A stretch of 4,395 bases of DNA from a virus (taxonomy: Duplodnaviria > Heunggongvirae > Uroviricota > Caudoviricetes), in IMG/VR virus record IMGVR_UViG_2671180631_000010; one strand, 5' to 3'. Positions 1 through 4,395 of this stretch are shown one piece after another (the first letter of the stretch is position 1; every line of letters begins with the position of its first letter). Made by a program: the position numbers and the translations under genes. The notes below the pieces were generated by a model that saw only the letters and a list, made by a program, of their open reading frames with translations, was not told the DNA's origin and made no database searches.

Positions 1-79
1 GCTTTGAACTCTTTAGAGTAACGTTGGGTTTTTCTGCTCATTATTAGCTCCTTCTGATGCCATTCTATTTCAGGAAGGA

Positions 80-343
80 GTGTCCGTTAAACTCAGGCTA
101 CCTCAGGTTATTCGCTTCTGGGCATGGGCGGATCAACAAATGATAGACGGTAATGCAGATTGTAACGCTCGCGGCGTTACAAAAAGTGCAATAGATCGCA
201 TCACTTTTATGTCTGGTTTTGCTGATGCGTTAATTCAGGTTGGATGGCTGGTCGAAAATGACGGAGGGCTTTCTCTACCTAACTTTGAACGTCATAACGG
301 AAAAAGCTCTAAAAAAAACGGGCGGTTACAAACGAGCGAGTAA
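80..343 (+). CDS. N-terminal fragment of a prophage replication initiator (putative origin-binding domain); likely one frameshifted gene with 447..782
   Basis: Frame-2 ORF from GTG 80 to TAA 341-343, preceded by purine-rich AGGAAGGAG at 72-80 (overlaps the GTG, so spacing is atypical; in-frame ATG at 140 is an alternative start). Frame has stops at 5-7 and 14-16, so it cannot begin further upstream. Ends inside an A8 run (311-318), after which the coding signal continues in frame 1. Confidence 0.6.
   Translation: MSVKLRLPQVIRFWAWADQQMIDGNADCNARGVTKSAIDRITFMSGFADALIQVGWLVENDGGLSLPNFERHNGKSSKKNGRLQTSE
162..180. repeat. 19-bp iteron-like palindrome GTAACGCTCGCGGCGTTAC (arms GTAACGC/GCGTTAC)
   Basis: Read directly; 16 of 19 positions identical to the second copy at 371-389. 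A GTAACG half-site also occurs at 18-23. Confidence 0.55.
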
Positions 344-370
344 CAAAAATACGCGAACTGAAACGAAAAG

Positions 371-389
371 GTAACGCTGCCAGCGTTAC
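371..389. repeat. 19-bp perfect palindrome GTAACGCTG-C-CAGCGTTAC (iteron-like), with half-sites at 322-330, 340-344 and 405-412
   Basis: Read directly; arms are exact reverse complements. Lies in the acidic-linker coding segment of the initiator next to A-rich tracts. Confidence 0.55.
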
Positions 390-446
390 ACAAACGGATC
401 AAAAAGCGTTACCAGAGGAAGAGGAAGAGGAAGATCTAAATACTGA

Positions 447-782
447 TCTCCCCCTCGCCAAAAACGAGCGTCTAAAAAATTCGAGCCGGAGGCTATTGAG
501 CTGCCCGATTGGTTGCCGGAAACACTCTGGCATGAGTGGGTCCGGTTCAGACAGGCATTGCGAAAACCGATTCGAACGGAGCAGGGCGCTAACGGGGCGA
601 TACGGGAACTGGAAAAATTCCGTCAGCAGGGTTTTACACCTGAGCAGGTGATTCGACACAGCATCGCCAATGAATACCAGGGCCTGTTCGCGCCGAAAGG
701 TGTTCGGCCTGAGACGTTGCTCCGACAGGTTAACACCGTCTCGTTGCCGGACAGTGCGATCCCGCCAGGCTTCAGGGGGTAA
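447..782 (+). CDS. C-terminal fragment of the replication initiator: DnaT-like C-terminal domain
   Basis: Frame 0 is open from 447 (after TGA 444-446) to TAA 780-782; the first canonical start in frame is TTG 513. The product ends ...NTVSLPDSAIPPGFRG, matching the C-terminal motif of E. coli primosomal protein DnaT (...NTVSEPDSQIPPGFRG) as recalled from memory. It sits 6 nt upstream of the DnaC-like gene, mirroring the chromosomal dnaT-dnaC arrangement. Confidence 0.65.
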   Translation, partial: SPPRQKRASKKFEPEAIELPDWLPETLWHEWVRFRQALRKPIRTEQGANGAIRELEKFRQQGFTPEQVIRHSIANEYQGLFAPKGVRPETLLRQVNTVSLPDSAIPPGFRG

Positions 783-788
783 CGGACC

Positions 789-1229
789 ATGAAAAATATT
801 GCGACAGGCGGCGTTCTGGAACGCATCCGCCGACTGACCCCGCCACATGTAACCGCCCCATTCAGAACGGTAGCGGAGTGGCGCGAGTGGCAACTTGCTG
901 AAGGCCAGAAACGTAGCGAGGAGATCAACCGCCTGAATCGCCAGTTGCGGGTGGAAAAAATTCTGAATCGCTCAGGCATCCAGCCGTTGCACCGTAAATG
1001 CTCGTTTGCGAATTACCAGGTGCAGAACGACGGCCAGCGATACGCGTTAAGCCAGGCGAAATCCATCGCCGATGAACTGATGACCGGGTGTACAAATTTT
1101 GCGTTCAGCGGAAAACCTGGTACCGGGAAGAATCACTTAGCGGCAGCTATCGGGAATCGCCTGCTGAAAGACGGTCAGACAGTGATTGTGGTTACCGTGG
1201 CTGATGTTATGAGCGCCCTGCACGCCAGC
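789..1229 (+). CDS. DnaC-like replicative helicase loader (AAA+), 3' end lost in N block
   Basis: ATG 789. The N-terminus and the Walker A region (FSGKPGTGKNHLAAAIG) align with E. coli DnaC as recalled (SGIRPLH..CSF.NY, FSGKPGTGKNHLAAAI, ITVADIMSA). The frame runs into Ns at 1230; the track ORF end at 1343 is a read-through artifact. Walker B and the true stop are not visible. Confidence 0.85.
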
Positions 1230-1287
1230 NNNNNNNNNNNNNNNNNNNNNNNNNNNNNNNNNNNNNNNNNNNNNNNNNNNNNNNNNN
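1230..1287. other. 58-nt block of undetermined bases (N) inside the DnaC-like gene
   Basis: Seen directly. Confidence 1.
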
Positions 1288-1303
1288 AGTTTCAGGAGGA
1301 TTT

Positions 1304-1726
1304 ATGGCGAAACCTTTTACTCCCGAACAGCGGGAAGAACTGAAGACGCGAATTGTGGAACTCGTGCATCAGGACGGTCGGGTCACGATTCGGCAGTTGT
1401 CAGATGAAACAGGTATCAGTCGTGCGTCTGTCGGTCGCTTATGCATAGAACTGGTCGCAAGTGGTGATGTATATAATTCTGGCTACGGCTTATTCCCGTC
1501 TGAACAGGCTCGCAAGGACTGGCAAAGCGCCCGCAAAAAACTCTCGAGAGTAAAGGTGAGGAAACCGGTTGTTGTTGATCCGGACCTTATCTGGTCATTA
1601 CCTGACGGAGAAATACGCCGCTACGACAGGCGCCTGAATATAATCTGTCGCGAGTGCCGGAAGAGCGAAGCTATGCAGCGTGTACTGGCTTTCTATCAGG
1701 GTAATTTTCAGGAGGCGATACTGTGA
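1304..1726 (+). CDS. Winged-helix (HTH) DNA-binding protein, function unknown
   Basis: ATG 1304 preceded by AGGAGG at 1294-1299; 140 codons. The N-terminal ~60 aa (RVTIRQLSDETGISRASVGRLCIELVASGDV) has a winged-HTH pattern. Confidence 0.75.
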   Translation: MAKPFTPEQREELKTRIVELVHQDGRVTIRQLSDETGISRASVGRLCIELVASGDVYNSGYGLFPSEQARKDWQSARKKLSRVKVRKPVVVDPDLIWSLPDGEIRRYDRRLNIICRECRKSEAMQRVLAFYQGNFQEAIL

Positions 1727-2140
1727 ATGAAATTAGCTATCAGGCTTCAATTACCGCTGGCATTCGCATCAAAGGAGAGGAGCATGGAAATAAAACCAGA
1801 AGATGAGTTAAGCAATATCGTTTTATTTCCGGTAAAAGAGGATGACCCTCGTAATCAGGTTAATTTTCTTTATGAGCCATCGGAAAGACCATATTGCCAT
1901 CACGCCTCTGTACGGGTTGACGAAAAAGAGCGTCAGGTCCGCTGTAAAATCTGCGGTGCGGTTGTGGAGCCGTTTGACTGGATGCTCTCTGTGGCAAAAA
2001 GAGAAACCAGACTGGCAGATGATGTAAGGCTATTGCGCCAGGAGGAACAGGAAAGGCGGAGAAATATAGAAAAGCTGATACAGATTGAGCGTAACGCGAA
2101 AGCGCGGATACGCAGGGCGACAAAATCCAGAACTGAATAA
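1727..2140 (+). CDS. Zn-ribbon (C-H-H...C-x2-C) protein with basic coiled-coil C-terminus, function unknown
   Basis: ATG 1727 overlaps the upstream stop (TGAATG), indicating translational coupling, with AGGAGG at 1710-1715. An alternative, possibly better start is ATG 1784 with GGAGAGGAG at 1774-1782. Stop TAA 2138-2140. Motif YCHH...RCKICG. Confidence 0.7.
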   Translation: MKLAIRLQLPLAFASKERSMEIKPEDELSNIVLFPVKEDDPRNQVNFLYEPSERPYCHHASVRVDEKERQVRCKICGAVVEPFDWMLSVAKRETRLADDVRLLRQEEQERRRNIEKLIQIERNAKARIRRATKSRTE

Positions 2141-2167
2141 TTAAATTTAGCACTGTTAAAAATTTAA
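2141..2167. promoter_or_regulatory. AT-rich palindrome TTAAATTT-N11-AAATTTAA just after the stop codon; possible operator or protein-binding site
   Basis: Arms 2141-2148 and 2160-2167 are exact reverse complements. AT-only stem, so unlikely to be a stable terminator. Confidence 0.3.
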
Positions 2168-2287
2168 TCCTTAACCGGAGGGATTTCTGCACCCTCAAAT
2201 CATCAGGAGACCACCCGAAAGGGCGGGGAGCAGTCACACATCTGTTTCCGATAGCCCCGTTCTAATGCTACACTCTTTGATATTTTT

Positions 2288-2974
2288 ATGACCCCAATAA
2301 ACATATTTATGACAGTTGCTGATTTCAAACGGCCCAAATTGGAGCTCCCAAACGGGGCAAACAAACTACTACTGCACTCTTGCTGTGCTCCATGTTCCGG
2401 TGAGGTGATGGAGGCGCTTCAGGCCTCGGGAATCGACTACACCATCTTTTTCTACAACCCGAACATTCATCCTCAGAAAGAGTATTTAATTCGTAAGGAT
2501 GAGAATATTCGCTTTGCTGAACAACACGGCGTGCCGTTTATTGATGCTGATTACGACACAGACAACTGGTTTGAACGAGCCAAAGGAATGGAATGGGAGC
2601 CCGAACGAGGGATCCGTTGCACCATGTGTTTTGACATGCGTTTTGAGCGGACAGCGCTGTACGCCGCTGAAAATGGTTTCAGTGTGATCAGCAGTTCACT
2701 GGGCATTTCACGCTGGAAAAATATGCAGCAGGTTAACGACTGTGGGCGGCGAGCCGTCGCGCATTATCCGGGCATGGTGTACTGGGATTATAACTGGCGC
2801 AAGCAGGGCGGCTCGTCCCGTATGATTGAAATCAGCAAGCGCGAAAAATTCTATCAGCAGGAATATTGTGGCTGTGTGTATTCTCTGCGCGATACCAATC
2901 TACACCGCAAATCTCAGGGACGCCCTCTTATCAAAATTGGTCAACTCCACTACGGTAAAGAAGAGAAGGAGTGA
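2288..2974 (+). CDS. queH: QueH-like protein (DUF208, epoxyqueuosine reductase family)
   Basis: 228-codon ORF, stop TGA 2972-2974. Cys motifs HSCCAPCS near the N-terminus, CTMCF mid-protein and YCGCVYS near the C-terminus match the QueH/DUF208 signature as I recall it. Start uncertain (ATG 2288 or 2309); no Shine-Dalgarno before either. Confidence 0.75.
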   Translation: MTPINIFMTVADFKRPKLELPNGANKLLLHSCCAPCSGEVMEALQASGIDYTIFFYNPNIHPQKEYLIRKDENIRFAEQHGVPFIDADYDTDNWFERAKGMEWEPERGIRCTMCFDMRFERTALYAAENGFSVISSSLGISRWKNMQQVNDCGRRAVAHYPGMVYWDYNWRKQGGSSRMIEISKREKFYQQEYCGCVYSLRDTNLHRKSQGRPLIKIGQLHYGKEEKE

Positions 2975-2995
2975 TTTTATGGGGCACCTTTCTGA

Positions 2996-3025
2996 TTGAT
3001 TTCATATTGGCGAGGTAAGTAGAAT
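2996..3025 (+). promoter_or_regulatory. Candidate sigma70 promoter: -35 TTGATT (2996-3001), 18-nt spacer, -10 TAGAAT (3020-3025)
   Basis: Hexamers read directly. Nearly identical to the motif at 3518-3545, including a GACT just downstream of the -10. Points into the N block. Confidence 0.35.
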
Positions 3026-3043
3026 GACTGCGGGTGCTTGAGG

Positions 3044-3080
3044 CTATCTGCTTCAGGCATGAACACCAAAAGGCAGATAG
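3044..3080. repeat. Inverted repeat CTATCTGC-N21-GCAGATAG
   Basis: 8-bp perfect arms at 3044-3051 and 3073-3080. Would lie in the 5' leader of a transcript from the 2996-3025 promoter; no U-tract follows, so not a terminator. Confidence 0.3.
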
Positions 3081-3133
3081 AGAAAAGCCCCAGTTAACAT
3101 TACGCGTCCGGCAAGACGCTTAACATTAATCTG

Positions 3134-3430
3134 NNNNNNNNNNNNNNNNNNNNNNNNNNNNNNNNNNNNNNNNNNNNNNNNNNNNNNNNNNNNNNNNNNN
3201 NNNNNNNNNNNNNNNNNNNNNNNNNNNNNNNNNNNNNNNNNNNNNNNNNNNNNNNNNNNNNNNNNNNNNNNNNNNNNNNNNNNNNNNNNNNNNNNNNNNN
3301 NNNNNNNNNNNNNNNNNNNNNNNNNNNNNNNNNNNNNNNNNNNNNNNNNNNNNNNNNNNNNNNNNNNNNNNNNNNNNNNNNNNNNNNNNNNNNNNNNNNN
3401 NNNNNNNNNNNNNNNNNNNNNNNNNNNNNN
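3134..3430. other. 297-nt block of undetermined bases (N)
   Basis: Seen directly. Flanked by a promoter-like motif upstream and a stop codon plus terminator downstream. Confidence 1.
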
Positions 3431-3454
3431 CATCCTCAACGCACCCGCACTTAA

Positions 3455-3497
3455 CCCGCCCATCGCTGTGATCTCTCAGCGTTTCGGCGGGTTTTTT
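3455..3497 (+). terminator. Rho-independent terminator
   Basis: GC stem CCCGCC (3455-3460) pairs with GGCGGG (3486-3491); inner stem CGCTG (3464-3468) pairs with CAGCG (3477-3481); followed by T6 (3492-3497). An in-frame TAA at 3452-3454 ends a + strand frame emerging from the N block immediately before the hairpin. Confidence 0.55.
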
Positions 3498-3517
3498 GTT
3501 GTTTATTTCCGGTGAAT

Positions 3518-3545
3518 TTGATTCGCGCACCTTCGCAGATAGAAT
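3518..3545 (+). promoter_or_regulatory. Candidate sigma70 promoter: -35 TTGATT (3518-3523), 16-nt spacer, -10 TAGAAT (3540-3545)
   Basis: Hexamers read directly, located just downstream of the terminator and about 80 nt upstream of the ATG at 3627. Confidence 0.4.
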
Positions 3546-3626
3546 CGACTCACTTAAGTAGCGCGCAGGGAGAAGAGGGATGGACCCCGAACAGGGGAGA
3601 GCTATTTATCTGGAAGGATTCTGAAG

Positions 3627-3914
3627 ATGAAAATCGAAGAATTGCGTGAAATTTTTAGTGAAAATGGCCTCTATGCTGTGCGCGTTGAGAATGGAGCGAT
3701 TGTCAGCCATTGCCGCATTAGATGTTTGCAATCTCAACAAAGGAAGAGCGGTGCTGTGTTATTTTATTTTTGTAATGGACTTCTGACGGACGGTTTTATT
3801 TTGCGTGAGGACGAATTTGTCACATCATTACGGGTTTTGAAAGAGATTGGTTTTAAGGCTGGTTTTCTGCTTTTGCTGAAGAATAAACTCATCTACAATC
3901 TTGAGCAGGATTGA
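3627..3914 (+). CDS. Hypothetical small protein (95 aa)
   Basis: ATG 3627 preceded by GGAAGGA at 3612-3618; stop TGA 3912-3914. Appears more AT-rich than neighbouring genes. No recognisable motif. Confidence 0.5.
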   Translation: MKIEELREIFSENGLYAVRVENGAIVSHCRIRCLQSQQRKSGAVLFYFCNGLLTDGFILREDEFVTSLRVLKEIGFKAGFLLLLKNKLIYNLEQD

Positions 3915-3952
3915 ACTCCTGCTGTGTAACACCGTGCCACCGGAGAAAGCCG

Positions 3953-4306
3953 ATGGCACATATACAACTGGTCAAACAAACCTCTTCCGGATTACTTCTC
4001 CCGGCGACGCCGGAGAGTTGCGATTTTCTGCATCAAATCAAAATAGGTGAGTGGATACACGCAGACTTTAAGCGTGTGTGTAACTACGCATTCCACAAGC
4101 GTTTTTTCAAACTCCTGCAACTGGGTTTCGATTACTGGACTCCGGTCGGTGGGGCGATCACGCCTCGCGAACGAAAACTGGTGTCCGGTTTCGTTGATTA
4201 CCTGTGTGAATCAGTAGGCCGGGAACATACGCCAGCTCTGAGCGAAGCCGCAGAGCAATTGAGGTGTACTGGCAATAGCGGACACTACCATTTGTTCTTT
4301 TTTTAA
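3953..4306 (+). CDS. Hypothetical protein, probably a lambdoid nin-region-type protein of unknown function; possibly truncated at a T7 run
   Basis: ATG 3953 preceded by GGAG at 3942-3945 (the track's TTG 3911 start is less likely). Stop TAA 4304-4306 lies at the end of a T7 run (4298-4304); the adjacent frame stays open to the window end. Confidence 0.6.
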   Translation: MAHIQLVKQTSSGLLLPATPESCDFLHQIKIGEWIHADFKRVCNYAFHKRFFKLLQLGFDYWTPVGGAITPRERKLVSGFVDYLCESVGREHTPALSEAAEQLRCTGNSGHYHLFFF

Positions 4307-4317
4307 GCAGCCATCTG

Positions 4318-4395
4318 ATGATATTTTTCCCTGAAGGCTGCCGGGGAGATATTCCCCAGACGAGAGTGACGACGCTGACGATTGTAGAAAATCTC
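4318..4395 (+). CDS. Partial ORF running off the window end (MIFFPEGCRGDIPQTRVTTL...); either a separate gene or the frameshifted continuation of 3953..4306
   Basis: Frame 1 is open from 4279 to the window end with ATG at 4318; no clear Shine-Dalgarno. Confidence 0.25.
   Translation, partial: MIFFPEGCRGDIPQTRVTTLTIVENL

Noticed and set aside
311-318. Programmed ribosomal frameshift at the A8 run
   Set aside because: A second break at an A6 run and a third at a T7 run in an unrelated gene make sequencing error or decay far more parsimonious; no slippery heptamer with a downstream pseudoknot was seen.
399-893. 164-aa ORF on the - strand
   Set aside because: Antisense to the DnaT-like and DnaC-like coding regions, which have recognisable motifs; low-complexity product (SSSSSSS) and no ribosome-binding site. 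Shadow ORF.
623-979. 118-aa ORF on the - strand
   Set aside because: Antisense to the start of the DnaC-like gene; no supporting signals.
789-1343. Track ORF giving a 184-aa DnaC-like product ending at 1343
   Set aside because: The last segment is a read-through across 58 Ns in an arbitrary frame and overlaps the well-supported start of the next gene at 1304; only 789-1229 is real.
1842-2027. 61-aa + strand ORF in an alternative frame
   Set aside because: Nested within the Zn-ribbon gene, which has the better start context and the motif-bearing product.
1860-2237. 125-aa ORF on the - strand
   Set aside because: Antisense to the Zn-ribbon gene and extends into the structured intergenic region; no ribosome-binding site.
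2499-2687. 62-aa + strand ORF in an alternative frame
   Set aside because: Nested inside the QueH-like gene.
3053-3530. Two long - strand ORFs (3053-3463 and 3126-3530) spanning the N block
   Set aside because: Almost entirely composed of undetermined bases; the second also runs through the + strand terminator. Only the 26-aa tail at 3053-3133 is real sequence, noted in the findings as a possible gene end.
4343-4357. GGGGA-N5-TCCCC hairpin as a terminator for gene 3953-4306
   Set aside because: Short stem with no following U-tract, lying inside the open downstream frame.
1-4395. CRISPR array, IS element or integrase
   Set aside because: No regularly spaced direct repeats with unique spacers, no terminal inverted repeats flanking a transposase-like ORF, and no recombinase motifs in any resolved ORF.

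Overview
Draft-quality window (two N blocks, 1230-1287 and 3134-3430) that reads as a lambdoid-prophage-like replication module followed by accessory genes, all on the + strand. Left to right: a replication initiator whose C-terminal domain carries the DnaT C-terminal motif, broken into three reading-frame segments at two poly-A runs and containing 19-bp palindromic iteron-like repeats (candidate origin); a DnaC-like helicase-loader gene cut off by the first N block; a translationally coupled pair encoding a winged-HTH protein and a Zn-ribbon/coiled-coil protein; a QueH-like (DUF208, epoxyqueuosine reductase family) gene, which is unexpected in this context; then a promoter-like motif, the 297-nt N block and a strong intrinsic terminator, which together suggest a hidden + strand transcription unit; and finally a second, near-identical promoter-like motif driving two small genes of unknown function, the second ending at a T7 run. 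No CRISPR array, rRNA, tRNA or transposase is visible in the resolved sequence. All calls rest on reading the sequence and remembered family motifs; no database search was run.
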